The notes: generated from the sequence alone by a model not told the origin. Shown: positions 29,772 to 39,925, counted from the stretch's first letter. The stretch: 59,504 nucleotides of DNA from Acidocella sp. (GCA_052326845.1 JBKQJR010000005.1), one strand, 5' to 3'. Program-made: numbers and translations.

Positions 29772-30836
29772 TTATTGGAGTACGCTGGTCCAGATCTGGT
29801 TGAACAGCTTGTAGTCGGCGCCGCGCAGCGGGGCGAGGAATTGCAGTTTCTTCATGTCAGCATCGGTCGGGACGATCAACTCGGTGGCCATGATGCCGGT
29901 GAGCTGCGGCTGCGCTGACTGGTTGGGGCTGGCATACTGGTTGAAGTTGGACAAAGCCGCGCCGACATTGGTCTCGAGGATGTAGTTGATGAACTCAATG
30001 GCGAGATCCGGATGCGGTGCGTGCGCGGGAATCGCCATGGTATCCACCCAGATCTCCGTGCCCTGATCCGGCAGGAAATATTTCAGCTTCGCGCAGCTGC
30101 CGTCAGCGTAGCAGCTGGCGATATCACCATTATACGCCATGGAGACGGCGATCAGCCCGCTCTTCATCTGGTCGCGCGCCGGGGTTTCATCGACGAAGCC
30201 GGCGAAATTCGGCCGCTTCTTGGTCTGTTCGATCAGCTTGGCTGCGGCAATCCACTGGCTCTTATCGGAGCAGTTGAAGCCGTAGCCGAGATAGGCGCAG
30301 GCCGCGCCGATCTGGTCGCGCCCTTCGCCTTTAGGCAGCACGAACGGGTAGTTCGGGTTCACCGTGGGGTCGAACAGAAGAGCCCAGCCGGTGCCGGGGT
30401 TCTTGATCTTCGCGGGATCGTACACGATGCCGGTGGTGCCCCACTGGTAGGGGACCGAGTATTTATCGCCGGGGTCGTAATCCGGGTTCTGGAATTTGGG
30501 AAACAGATTGCCGAAATTCGTCAGCTTGCTGTGGTCGAGCGGCTGGATCAGCCCTTCATCGGCCAGCTCCGGCACATAATAGGAGGAGGGCACCACCACG
30601 TCGTATTGCGAATCTCCGCCCGCCTTCAGCTTGGCGGACATTTCCGCGTTGCTCTCGTAATCGGTCTCGACCACCTTGCAGTTGCACTCAAGCTCGAAGC
30701 CGTCAATGATCGATTCGGAAATATAGTCGGACCAGATGAACAGGTTCAGCGTCGGCTGCTCGGCGGCGCGGGCCATCTGCGGCGCGGCAAGCCCAAGGGC
30801 CAGCGCTCCAGCGGCGACAAAGGACAAGAACTTCAT
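29772..30836 (-). CDS. potD: Spermidine/putrescine ABC substrate-binding protein
   Basis: WSDYI, YESNAEM.AKL, PYQWGTTGI and IWVDTMAIP motifs. Confidence 0.88.
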   Translation of the reverse strand: MKFLSFVAAGALALGLAAPQMARAAEQPTLNLFIWSDYISESIIDGFELECNCKVVETDYESNAEMSAKLKAGGDSQYDVVVPSSYYVPELADEGLIQPLDHSKLTNFGNLFPKFQNPDYDPGDKYSVPYQWGTTGIVYDPAKIKNPGTGWALLFDPTVNPNYPFVLPKGEGRDQIGAACAYLGYGFNCSDKSQWIAAAKLIEQTKKRPNFAGFVDETPARDQMKSGLIAVSMAYNGDIASCYADGSCAKLKYFLPDQGTEIWVDTMAIPAHAPHPDLAIEFINYILETNVGAALSNFNQYASPNQSAQPQLTGIMATELIVPTDADMKKLQFLAPLRGADYKLFNQIWTSVLQ

Positions 30837-31672
30837 ACAACATTCCCCCTTGCTGAAAATTGAGCGCCGCGCTCGCGGTGCCTAGAGATAAAAAAATGAA
30901 CCAGCGCCATAATGATGATCGTGCCGATCATCAGCGTGCCGAGGGCGTTGATTTCGGGCGAGATACCTTTGCGCGCGATGGCGGAATAAATATAGATCGG
31001 CAGTGTCACGCTGCCCGGCCCGGCGGTGAAGAAGCTGATGGTGAAATCGTCGATGGAGAGGGTGATGCCGAGCAGGAACCCGCCGATAATGGCCGGCTCC
31101 ACCACAGGGATGATGAGATGGAAAAAGCTCTTGAAGCTGTCGGCGTAGAGGTCGTTGGCGGCGTCGAACAGATACGGGTCGAGCCCGGCGAGGCGCGCAA
31201 AAACGGTGAGCGCGACATAAGGCACCTGGAAGGTGATGTGCGCGATGATCATCGTCTGCAGCCCGGCGCCGAGAAACCCCGTGGCGCTGTGCACGAAGTT
31301 GAAGAAAATCAGCTCCGAGATGCCGAATACCAGGCCGGGCATGATGATCGGCGTATAGATGATGAGGCTGGGGATATGCGCGAGCACGCCCTTGGCGTTC
31401 GCGTTACGGAACCGGCACAGCCCATAGCCAAGCAGCGTCCCGAGCGCGGTGGACGTGATGGCCGAGCCGAAGGCGAGGATCAGCGAGCGTTGCAGCGCGG
31501 TGAACACCGCGCCATCGTGCAGCAGCACGCCGTAGGCGTGCAGCGAATGCCCGGCTTGGTTCGGCGCCGGGGCGAAGGAGTAGAACGCGACCAGCGCCAG
31601 CGGCGTGTACAGCAGCGCATAAAGCGGCCAGGAAATGCCGGAGAGGGCGTAGCGAACCCCGCGCGGGATCAT
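30833..31672 (-). CDS. potC: Polyamine ABC permease
   Basis: AHITF, DAANDLYA, LSIDDF and TLPIYIYS...PEINAL motifs. Confidence 0.87.
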   Translation of the reverse strand: MIPRGVRYALSGISWPLYALLYTPLALVAFYSFAPAPNQAGHSLHAYGVLLHDGAVFTALQRSLILAFGSAITSTALGTLLGYGLCRFRNANAKGVLAHIPSLIIYTPIIMPGLVFGISELIFFNFVHSATGFLGAGLQTMIIAHITFQVPYVALTVFARLAGLDPYLFDAANDLYADSFKSFFHLIIPVVEPAIIGGFLLGITLSIDDFTISFFTAGPGSVTLPIYIYSAIARKGISPEINALGTLMIGTIIIMALVHFFISRHRERGAQFSARGNVV

Positions 31673-32586
31673 ATCGTCGCCTCCTCGGCGCCGCCGAGCT
31701 TCCGGGTGAGGATGCGGAACCCGACCAGCCCCATGCCGGTGAACACCAGCATGATGATGGTGAGCGCCGCGCCATAGGGCCAGTCCGGCGTCTCGGTGAA
31801 CTGGTTGGCGATCAGCGAGCCGATCATCAGCGCCTTGTCGCCGCCGAGCAGTTGCGGCACCACGTAGTCGCCGAAGGCCGGAATGGCGACGAAGATGACG
31901 CCGGAGAGCAGCCCCGGCAGGGTTTGCGGGAACACCGTGTGCCAGAACAGCCGCGCGCCGGAGGCGTAGAGATCCCGCCCGGCTTCCACCAGCGTCCAGT
32001 CCAGCTTCTCCGCCGAGGCGTAGAGCGGCACGATCATGTAGGGCAGGTAGTTATACGCCAAGCCGGTGGTCACGGCGAAGCTGCCCGGCGCCAGGCCGAG
32101 ATCCGGCGGGACCGCGTGCAGCAGATGCGCGACCCAGGAGACCGGCGCGTTGGGACCAAGCAGCTCCATCCAGGCATAGGTGCGCACGACTTGGTTGGTC
32201 CAGGAGGGCAGCACGATGAACAGCAGCAGCAGCGGGCGCACCGATTCCGGGCGGCTGAGGATGAAGAACACCAGCGGGTAGGAGAGCGCCGCCGACACCA
32301 GCGTGGCGATGCCCGCCTGCTTCAGCGAGCGCAGGAAGATGATGATATTGCCCGGGTCCCAGCCGAGCAGCGAGTACCCCGCCACCTGCTGGAAAGACTG
32401 CACGGAGAGCGGCAGCACGGGGCTGCCATAGTCGTTGGAGGAGAAGAAGGCGATGCCGAGCAGCACGGCGCTGGGGATCAGCAGGAAGATCATGATCCAG
32501 ACCAGTCCCGGCCCGGAGGTCACCCAGAGCCGCAGGCGCTGCCGCCCGGTCTCGATTTCGGCTTCGGTTTTTACCCCGGCGCTCAT
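31669..32586 (-). CDS. potB: Polyamine ABC permease
   Basis: VRTYAW, YLPYM.PLY, EAGRDL and NQF...DWPYGAA motifs. Confidence 0.87.
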   Translation of the reverse strand: MSAGVKTEAEIETGRQRLRLWVTSGPGLVWIMIFLLIPSAVLLGIAFFSSNDYGSPVLPLSVQSFQQVAGYSLLGWDPGNIIIFLRSLKQAGIATLVSAALSYPLVFFILSRPESVRPLLLLFIVLPSWTNQVVRTYAWMELLGPNAPVSWVAHLLHAVPPDLGLAPGSFAVTTGLAYNYLPYMIVPLYASAEKLDWTLVEAGRDLYASGARLFWHTVFPQTLPGLLSGVIFVAIPAFGDYVVPQLLGGDKALMIGSLIANQFTETPDWPYGAALTIIMLVFTGMGLVGFRILTRKLGGAEEATI

Positions 32587-33698
32587 GGCGAGATCAGCAT
32601 GATGTTGTCGGGCTTCATCTCCACGGCCACGGCCTCGCCGGGGCGCCAGCTGCGCTCGGCGGCCTGGTTGTTGGTGTCGAATGCCAGCACCAAATGCCCG
32701 CCTGCAAGCTCGATGCGGTATTGGGTCGAGGCGCCCATGTAGATGGCCTCGCGCACTGTGCCGAAGAACAGGTTCACACGGTCCTTTGGCGCCGCTGTGT
32801 CGTTGTAGATCCAGATCTTCTCCGGCCGGATCATCGCCAAGGTCGCGCCGGCAAGCGGTGCGTCGATGGTCAATTCGCCGATCGGCGACGCGGCGGTATT
32901 TGTGCCGGTGGGCGTGACCGGCCAGATGTTGGAGAGGCCCAGGAACTCCGCGACGAACACGTTTTTCGGCTTCTCGTACACGTCCAGCACCGGACCGACC
33001 TGCTCCAGCTTGCCTTTGCTCATCACGCCGATGCGGTCGGACATCACCAGCGCCTCGTGCTGGTCGTGGGTGACGAAGATGAAGGTCATGCCCAGGCGCT
33101 TCTGCATGCGCAGCAGCTCGATCTGCAGTTCAGCGCGCAGCTTGGCGTCCAGTGCCGAGAGCGGCTCGTCCAGCAGCACCACATCCGGTTCGTTCACCAG
33201 CGCGCGGGCCAGGGCGACGCGCTGGCGCTGCCCGCCGGAGAGCTGTGCCGCGCTGCGCGTGGCGAACTGGCCAATCTGCAGCAGTTCCATGATGGCATCG
33301 ACCCGCTTCTTGCGTTCCGGGCTCTTGATGCCGCGCATGCGCAGGCCGAAGCCGATATTCTGTTCCACATTCAGGTGCGGAAACAGCGCGTAGGACTGGA
33401 ACACGGTGTTCACCGCGCGCTTATGCGCCGGCACGTCCTCCACGTCCTTGCCGGAGATGAAGATCCGGCCCTCATCGGGTGTCTCGAACCCGGCGATCAT
33501 GCGCAGCAGGGTGGTCTTGCCGCAGCCGGAGGGGCCCAGCAAGGTGAAAAATTCCCCGGCATGAATTTCGAGATTTACATGGTCCACGGCCGGCGCTGAC
33601 CCGTTGAAAATCCGGGTAATGCCGCGGATGGAAATGGCGCCGCGCTTGGCCGAGGGGGCGGCTACTGCGGCCGCGGGGCTGGTAGAGGCAGACATCAT
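32583..33698 (-). CDS. potA: Polyamine ABC ATP-binding protein
   Basis: GPSGCGKT, NTVFQSYALFPH, LSGGQ and LLDEPLSALD motifs, TOBE tail. Confidence 0.9.
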   Translation of the reverse strand: MMSASTSPAAAVAAPSAKRGAISIRGITRIFNGSAPAVDHVNLEIHAGEFFTLLGPSGCGKTTLLRMIAGFETPDEGRIFISGKDVEDVPAHKRAVNTVFQSYALFPHLNVEQNIGFGLRMRGIKSPERKKRVDAIMELLQIGQFATRSAAQLSGGQRQRVALARALVNEPDVVLLDEPLSALDAKLRAELQIELLRMQKRLGMTFIFVTHDQHEALVMSDRIGVMSKGKLEQVGPVLDVYEKPKNVFVAEFLGLSNIWPVTPTGTNTAASPIGELTIDAPLAGATLAMIRPEKIWIYNDTAAPKDRVNLFFGTVREAIYMGASTQYRIELAGGHLVLAFDTNNQAAERSWRPGEAVAVEMKPDNIMLISP

Positions 33699-33888
33699 GC
33701 GCCTGCCGGGCTGGCTTGGTTAAGGATGTCAGCTCCAAGCCGCTCGATGGTCCACAGCACGCAAAACCCCAAAAATATTGCTGGGCGAGTGTGGCTTACG
33801 GCCCCTTAATACGTCAAGAATAATTGGATGATCTTTTTCTCGTGATGCGTGTTTTTCGTTGCATGCGAGTAGCTTGCCCGCGTAGCAT

Positions 33889-33906
33889 TGTTGAAAATCC
33901 TAAACG
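33889..33906. promoter_or_regulatory. Candidate PuuR/PauR-type operator
   Basis: Imperfect palindrome TGTTGAAAATCCTAAACG in the divergent potA/puuR intergenic region. Resemblance to the family operator is from memory only. Confidence 0.3.
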
Positions 33907-33917
33907 TGAAGATCATA

Positions 33918-34505
33918 ATGGAGAACATGTCGGCAGCCCTCGAGAACGATGACATGTCGGCCGATATCGGCACCCGGCTGAAGCTGGTGCGGCAGATTTT
34001 CGGGCTGACGCAACGTGAGTTGGCACGCCGGGCCGGGGTGACGAACGGGGCGATCTCGCTGATCGAGCAAAACCGTGTCAGCCCGTCGATCTCCTCGTTG
34101 AAGAAGATTCTGGACGGCATTCCGCTCTCGCTGGCGGACTTCTTCACGCTGAACTTCTCGCCGTCCGACAACGTGTTCTTCACCGGGGAGGAGCTGACTG
34201 AAATCTCCTACGACCCGGCGATTTCCATGCGCATGGTCGGCCGCAAGGTAAAGGACCGGACGCTGCAAATGCTGCGCGAAACCTACCAGCCCGGTGCCGA
34301 TACGGGGGATGCGATGCTCCGCCACGACGGCGAGGAATGCGGTGTCGTCGTCTCAGGCTGCCTTATCGTCACGGTTGGCCTGCAGGAGCGGCTGCTCAAC
34401 CCGGGCGATGCGTATTATTTCCGCTCCGATATTCCGCACCGCTTCCGCAATCCGGGGGCAGAGCCCTGCGTGCTGATCAGCGCCAACTCGCCGCCCTCGT
34501 TCTAG
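33918..34505 (+). CDS. puuR: XRE-cupin transcriptional regulator PuuR
   Basis: LTQRELARRAGVTNGAISLIEQNRVSPS HTH plus cupin H.GEE.G...PHRFRN. Divergent from the pot-puu operon. Start lies between 33918 and 33954. Confidence 0.88.
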   Translation: MENMSAALENDDMSADIGTRLKLVRQIFGLTQRELARRAGVTNGAISLIEQNRVSPSISSLKKILDGIPLSLADFFTLNFSPSDNVFFTGEELTEISYDPAISMRMVGRKVKDRTLQMLRETYQPGADTGDAMLRHDGEECGVVVSGCLIVTVGLQERLLNPGDAYYFRSDIPHRFRNPGAEPCVLISANSPPSF

Positions 34506-34507
34506 CC

Positions 34508-34918
34508 ATGGTGGTACATCTCACCGGCGGTTGCCTCTGCGGTGCCATCACCTACAGTCTGGACTATGAACCCGGCGATGTCGCGGATGTCTGCTTCTGC
34601 CGTGAATGCCGCAAGGCGAGCGGTGCCGCGGCGGTGCCATGGGTGCAGGTGCCGCCGGGGCGCTTTTGCGTCACCAAGGGGGCGGCGCGGGGCTATGCTT
34701 CCTCGCCCCAGGCCATGCGCTGGTTCTGCGGCGATTGCGGCAGCCCGCTCTACATGACCGATAGCGAGGGCCGCTCCGTCGGCGTCATGCTTGGTTCGCT
34801 GGATGAGCCCGAGGCCATCCGCCCCACCGTGCAGGGCTGGGTGTGCGAGCGAATCTCCTGGCAGGCGTTGGATGAATCCCTGCCCGCGTACGACAAGGCG
34901 CCGCCCTACGACCTCTGA
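34508..34918 (+). CDS. GFA/CENP-V family Zn-binding protein
   Basis: GGCLCGAI, C.CRECRK and R.FCGDCGSPL motifs. Confidence 0.88.
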   Translation: MVVHLTGGCLCGAITYSLDYEPGDVADVCFCRECRKASGAAAVPWVQVPPGRFCVTKGAARGYASSPQAMRWFCGDCGSPLYMTDSEGRSVGVMLGSLDEPEAIRPTVQGWVCERISWQALDESLPAYDKAPPYDL

Positions 34919-36483
34919 ACCCGGCGTTTGCCCTCGGCGGCGATCACCACCGGCGCGGCCAGCACCAGCGCCACGACGTTCCAGATAATGAAATCCAGGT
35001 TGCTGGGCCCTTCAATGACCATGTCGGCCAGCGCGAGCACCGCCAGGCTGAAGCCCGCGAGCAGCTCTTCCCAGCCCATCCGCTGCGGCTTGTCCTTGGT
35101 CCAGAAGCGCAGCACCGTGGCGATGACGGGGACGATGAACACCGGCATTGGGGCGTCGCGGTAGCGGCCGCCGAAGACCAGCAGCGCCTCGAACACAGCG
35201 GCGGAGGCCAGGAAGATGAACCACAGCCCGTCATAGTTCAGGGGCAGGCGGAAGTGGCGCGCGCTGGCCAGAACCATCGCCCCGGTGGTGACCGGCGGCA
35301 CCGGGCGCTTGGCGAGCAAGGCATCGGCCCGGCGGATGGCCAGAACTGCGAACAGCGCCTGCAAGGGTAGGTTCACCAGCGCGTCCAGCCGCAGCCAGTT
35401 GTCATAGAGCATGGGCAGCGTGCCGGAGCAGGCCAGGGCGATGCCGTTGCCCAGCGCGAAGGCGGGCAAAGCGAGGCGCAGGTTGCGGAACCCAACGGCG
35501 GCGAACAGCAGCACACCGGCCAGCGCGCCTAAGCCGGCGTACCAGGGCCAGTCCGGGGTCTCGACCACCGGGCCGTTGAGCGGGAATTTTGGCTGCCGGT
35601 CGGCGGTCCAGATGCCCCAGTTGGCCCCGGCCACGCCTTCGTCCTCGTATTTCCAGTTCTGGTCGAAGGCCTCGATCAGGTTGTAATCTACGCCCTCCTG
35701 GTTCGCGAGGGTGACGAAGCGGCGGAGGAACACCGCCTCTTCCACCCGGCCGGTGGCGGCGGGGCCGCGCCAGCGCCCGCGCGAGGGCCAGCCTGTCTCG
35801 CCGATGGAAATCTGCTTGCCGGGGAACATCCGCTTGAACTGGTCGGTGGTGGACTGGATCTCGGCCAGCGCGTCGTCCACGGAGAGCGGTTTGTCTTCCC
35901 AGTAGGGGAGGAAATGGATCATCACCACGTCCACATGCGGTGCCACCTGCGGGAACTGTTTCCAGAAATCAGTGACGTCCGCGTACGCAACAGGCTGCTT
36001 CACCCGGGCGTGGACGTAGTCGATATCGGCGATCAGGTCGTCCACCGAGAGGTCGCGGCGTAGCAGCACTTCATTGCCGACGATGACGCGGGTGATGGTG
36101 TTAGGGTGCGCGTTGGCCTCGGCGATGCCGGCTGCGATCTCCTTGGCGTTGTCCTGCGGGTTGCCGCTGAGCCAGATGCCGAGCCAGACCTTCAGCCCCG
36201 CCTGCTTGGCGAGCGCGCCAATGTCGTAATCGCCCTCAATGGCGGAATAGGTGCGGATGCCGTTCGCCTGGGTCGCCACCAAAGCGAGGTCCTTCGCCAC
36301 CTCGGCGCCCGTGGGATAGTCCTTGGAGAGCGGGCTCTGCCAGGCCTGATACGGCGCGTAGGACAGGCTGTTGAACTTGCCCGCCGGCATGGTCACATCC
36401 CCCGCCTGAGGCCGGTTGGGATTCGCCCACATGGCGAAGGTCAGCAGACTCAGCAGCACACAGGCGATAAGGGGTTTGATCAT
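34906..36483 (-). CDS. GH17 beta-glucan transglycosylase with C-terminal TM region (NdvC-like)
   Basis: SYAPY, IRTYS, VGNEVLLR, HFLPYWED, IGETGWPS.G and IEAFDQ.WK motifs, followed by TMs with LVFGGRYRD.P. Confidence 0.8.
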   Translation of the reverse strand: MIKPLIACVLLSLLTFAMWANPNRPQAGDVTMPAGKFNSLSYAPYQAWQSPLSKDYPTGAEVAKDLALVATQANGIRTYSAIEGDYDIGALAKQAGLKVWLGIWLSGNPQDNAKEIAAGIAEANAHPNTITRVIVGNEVLLRRDLSVDDLIADIDYVHARVKQPVAYADVTDFWKQFPQVAPHVDVVMIHFLPYWEDKPLSVDDALAEIQSTTDQFKRMFPGKQISIGETGWPSRGRWRGPAATGRVEEAVFLRRFVTLANQEGVDYNLIEAFDQNWKYEDEGVAGANWGIWTADRQPKFPLNGPVVETPDWPWYAGLGALAGVLLFAAVGFRNLRLALPAFALGNGIALACSGTLPMLYDNWLRLDALVNLPLQALFAVLAIRRADALLAKRPVPPVTTGAMVLASARHFRLPLNYDGLWFIFLASAAVFEALLVFGGRYRDAPMPVFIVPVIATVLRFWTKDKPQRMGWEELLAGFSLAVLALADMVIEGPSNLDFIIWNVVALVLAAPVVIAAEGKRRVQRS

Positions 36484-36524
36484 GGCCAAAGGCTTAGCCG
36501 GGCGTGCATTTTTGGGGAAGAGAG

Positions 36525-36941
36525 ATGAGTGACGAAGAGATCCGCCGTATCCTGACACAGACGAAGCGCATCGCCCTGGTCGGGGCCTCGGCCAAGCCGG
36601 AGCGTGCCTCGTACGAGGTGATGCGCTTTCTGCTGGAGAACGGGTTCGATGTGACGCCGGTAAATCCGGGCCTCGCCGGGCAGGAGATATTGGGCCGCAA
36701 GGTGGTGGCAAGCTTGGCCGAGGCCGCGCCGCTGGACATGGTGGACCTGTTCCGCCGGGCGGAGGATGTAGACGCCCCGGTGGAGGAGGCGATTCGCCTG
36801 GGCGCGAAGACGGTATGGATGCAGCTCGGCGTGGTCAACGAGGCAGCGGCGGCGAAAGCCCGCGCGGCTGGTCTGGCGGTGGTGATGGATCATTGCCCCG
36901 CGATCGAGATGCCGCGTCTGGGACTGTCGCACGGGCACTGA
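36525..36941 (+). CDS. CoA-binding protein (YccU-like)
   Basis: IALVGAS.KPERAS, PVNP, DMVDLFR, WMQLG and MDHC motifs. Confidence 0.92.
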   Translation: MSDEEIRRILTQTKRIALVGASAKPERASYEVMRFLLENGFDVTPVNPGLAGQEILGRKVVASLAEAAPLDMVDLFRRAEDVDAPVEEAIRLGAKTVWMQLGVVNEAAAAKARAAGLAVVMDHCPAIEMPRLGLSHGH

Positions 36942-37024
36942 CGGCAAAACTTCGATTGACTTTTCGACTCCTGGAGTTCTAGCGTCATTGTCTCATAACC
37001 GGAATAAAAAACGGGGGATGTCCG

Positions 37025-37648
37025 ATGCAACGGGTTGTCCATACAATACTTGGCGCCGTTTATGGCGCCATTCTTTGCTTGGCCGCTGCTCCGGCATTCG
37101 CCGGTACGCCGGTGCTCTCCGACCCTCTGACCAACTGGCCGCTGAATTTGGGCCCGCAGGGGGCGTCGGTACACATGGAAAACGGCGCGGTGCATATCAC
37201 CGCCCCGGCCAATGGTGCGGGCTGGGTTACCTATAGCGGTTTCGACTTCACCGACATGGATGCCAGCGTCACGGTCGCGCCGAACAACGGTAATGGCAAC
37301 GCCTGCGGGTTGCTGTTCTGGTCCACCGGCCCCAGCGATTTCTTCGACTTCGCGATCTCCGACACCGCGGGAACGTTTGGCGTGTTCAAGCACGTTTCCA
37401 CGCCGGCCCCGCACTGGGAGACAATCGTGCCGTACACGAAGACCAGCCTAGTGAAATCCGGCGCCCCGAACACGCTGCGCCTGGTCACCAAGGGCAATTA
37501 CGTGACGCTGTATATCAACGGTCAATCGGCGGGGGCGCTATCCCTTCCGGCGCCGCAAGGTGGTGGTGCGGTCGGGTTCGAGGGGGAGGGCAATGCCAGT
37601 GGCGCCTCGGATTATACTGTCTCCAACCTGAGCGTGAGCCAGCCGTAA
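37025..37648 (+). CDS. Secreted beta-sandwich (ConA/lectin-like) hypothetical protein
   Basis: Signal peptide ending APAFA. GLLF and NTLRLVTKGNYVTLYING...GAVG resemble DUF1080-like jelly rolls. Confidence 0.6.
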   Translation: MQRVVHTILGAVYGAILCLAAAPAFAGTPVLSDPLTNWPLNLGPQGASVHMENGAVHITAPANGAGWVTYSGFDFTDMDASVTVAPNNGNGNACGLLFWSTGPSDFFDFAISDTAGTFGVFKHVSTPAPHWETIVPYTKTSLVKSGAPNTLRLVTKGNYVTLYINGQSAGALSLPAPQGGGAVGFEGEGNASGASDYTVSNLSVSQP

Positions 37649-37655
37649 CCGGCCC

Positions 37656-37997
37656 TCAGGCGGCGGGCGGGGAACCCAGCGCCAGCCGATACAGGGCCGG
37701 GGCGTTCCACAGCAGCAGGCGCTGGCGCCGCCAAGCCACGATGCCCTCTTCCAGCCAATGCGCCAGCAGCAGCCCGGCCGTGTGGCTGGTGCCGCCGGCC
37801 AGGGCGGCGAGTTCGTCGAGCGTGACCGACGGGGTGATGAACAGTTCCACCCCGGGTTCCACCTCAAACCGTTCGGCGAGGTTCAGCAGGGTCAGCGCCA
37901 AGCGCTCCACTGTGGTGCCGAGCACGGGCGGCGCCGCGCAATCCGGGGTTAGCGGGGCGGTGTGGGCGGAAGACCGGGGGCTCGGGCTGACCTGCAT
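37656..37997 (-). CDS. Stand-alone Crp/Fnr-type HTH domain protein
   Basis: VERLALTLLNLAERF...VTLDELAALAGGTSHT...W.EEG...LLLWN is the Crp C-terminal domain. No sensor domain. Confidence 0.65.
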   Translation of the reverse strand: MQVSPSPRSSAHTAPLTPDCAAPPVLGTTVERLALTLLNLAERFEVEPGVELFITPSVTLDELAALAGGTSHTAGLLLAHWLEEGIVAWRRQRLLLWNAPALYRLALGSPPAA

Positions 37998-38095
37998 GGC
38001 GCGACCTTTCAAACCATAAAGCCTATCATTATAGTAGAAGTTATAGTCACGCAAGTGTAAAATGGGGCCGCCCATAGGGCAGCCCCGCGGGAATT

Positions 38096-38809
38096 TTAGC
38101 CCAAAGCCGCCTTCTGCGCGGCGAAAAGCTCTGTCGTGCCCTTGCGCGCCAGCGCCAGCAGCGCCTGGAAGGAGGCGTCGTCGAAGGTGGATTTTTCCGC
38201 CGTGGCCTGGATCTCCACGATACCGCCGCCTTGCGTCAGGATGAAATTGGCATCGGCGTCGGCGCTGGAATCCTCCTTGTAGTCGAGGTCCAGCACCGGG
38301 TTGCCCTGGAAGATGCCGCAGGAGACCGCCGCCACGTGCCCGGTGATGGGGAAGGCCTTCAGCACGTTGTTGGCCTGCAGCTTGCGGAAGGCCAGCGCCA
38401 TGGCCACGTAGGCCCCGGTGATGGAGGCGCAGCGCGTGCCGCCATCAGCGTTCAGCACGTCGCAATCCAGCGTCACGGTGATCTCGCCCATGGCCTTGCG
38501 GTCCACCACGGCGCGGAGCGAGCGGCCGATCAGGCGCTGGATCTCCTGCGTGCGGCCGGACTGCTTGCCGCGCGCGGCCTCACGGTCGCCGCGGGTATGG
38601 GTGGCGCGGGGCAGCATGCCGTATTCGGCCGTTATCCAGCCCTCGCCCTGGCCGCGCATGAAGCCCGGCACCTTGCCCTCGACGCTGGCGGTGCACAGCA
38701 CCTCGGTCCCGCCCATGCGGATCAGCGCCGAGCCCTCGGCATGGTGGGAGAACCCGGTCTCGATGGACACTTTCCGGAGTTCGTCGAAAATTCTGCCTGA
38801 GGGCCGCAT
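38096..38809 (-). CDS. rph: Ribonuclease PH
   Basis: [32 protein letters not shown] and LDLDY.EDS motifs. Confidence 0.97.
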   Translation of the reverse strand: MRPSGRIFDELRKVSIETGFSHHAEGSALIRMGGTEVLCTASVEGKVPGFMRGQGEGWITAEYGMLPRATHTRGDREAARGKQSGRTQEIQRLIGRSLRAVVDRKAMGEITVTLDCDVLNADGGTRCASITGAYVAMALAFRKLQANNVLKAFPITGHVAAVSCGIFQGNPVLDLDYKEDSSADADANFILTQGGGIVEIQATAEKSTFDDASFQALLALARKGTTELFAAQKAALG

Positions 38810-38857
38810 GATATCTCTCCTGATCGATTTGCCGTGCTATTATCCGAGACTGTGACC

Positions 38858-39925
38858 ATGGACCATAGAGGCAAATCCGTTCCGCCCCGCCTGCCGCCGG
38901 GGCTCGATGTCCGCTCCGCCGCCGTGTTGCGAGAGATCGTGGAACAATACGTGGAAACCGGCGAGCCCGTAGGCAGCCGCACGCTCTCGCGCCTGCTGCC
39001 GCAGCGTCTCTCCCCCGCCACCATCCGCAACGTGATGGCGGACCTCACCGATGCCGGGCTGCTGTTCTCGCCGCACACCTCGGCCGGGCGGCTGCCGACC
39101 GAGCGGGGCTTGCGCCTGTTCGTGGACGGACTGCTGCAATTCGGCGAGCTTTCCGAGGAAGAGCGCAGCACCATCAACCAGGCGCTGGTGCAGTCCGGGC
39201 GCAGCATGCAGGACATGCTGGCCCAGGCCAGCTCCATGCTCTCCGGCCTCTCCGCCGCCGCTGGGCTGGTGCTGGCGCCCAAGGGCGAGGGGGCGGTGAA
39301 GCATATCGAGTTCGTGCCGCTCTCTCCCGGGCGGGCGCTGGTGGTGCTGGTCTCGGCCGATGGCCAGGTGGAAAACCGCATCATCGAGACGCCGCCCGGC
39401 CTGCCACCCAGCGCGCTGCAGCGGGCGAGCAACTACCTCAATGCCCGGCTCTCGGGCCTCACCATCGCCGAGCTGCGGCGCCGCGTGGGGGATGAGCTGG
39501 TGGCCGACCGCACCGAACTGGACACCCTGACCAGCGCCGTGGTGGAGGCGGGGTTGGCCGATTGGGGCAGCGAGGGCAGGGGAGGTTCGCTGATTTTGCG
39601 CGGCCAGGGGCGTCTGCTGGAGGATGTGGACCAGCTGGAGAAGCTCGCCACCATCCAGGCGCTTTTCGAGCGGCTGGAGGCCGAGGAGACCATGCTGCGC
39701 CTGCTGGAGCTGGCCGAAACATCGGACGGCGTACGCATCTTCATCGGCGCCGAATCCGGGCTGTTCGGCGCGGCCGGCATCTCCATGGTGGTGGCCCCGG
39801 CGCGCAATGCGCAGGACCGCATCGTTGGCGCCATCGGCGTGATTGGCCCCACGCGGATCAATTATGGCCGGATCATCCCTGTGGTGGACTATACGGCCCG
39901 GGTGATTGGGCGTCTTTTGGGATAA
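38858..39925 (+). CDS. hrcA: Heat-inducible transcription repressor HrcA
   Basis: GEPVGSR, SPATIRNVM, PHTSAGR.PT and GVIGPTR.NY motifs. Confidence 0.97.
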   Translation: MDHRGKSVPPRLPPGLDVRSAAVLREIVEQYVETGEPVGSRTLSRLLPQRLSPATIRNVMADLTDAGLLFSPHTSAGRLPTERGLRLFVDGLLQFGELSEEERSTINQALVQSGRSMQDMLAQASSMLSGLSAAAGLVLAPKGEGAVKHIEFVPLSPGRALVVLVSADGQVENRIIETPPGLPPSALQRASNYLNARLSGLTIAELRRRVGDELVADRTELDTLTSAVVEAGLADWGSEGRGGSLILRGQGRLLEDVDQLEKLATIQALFERLEAEETMLRLLELAETSDGVRIFIGAESGLFGAAGISMVVAPARNAQDRIVGAIGVIGPTRINYGRIIPVVDYTARVIGRLLG

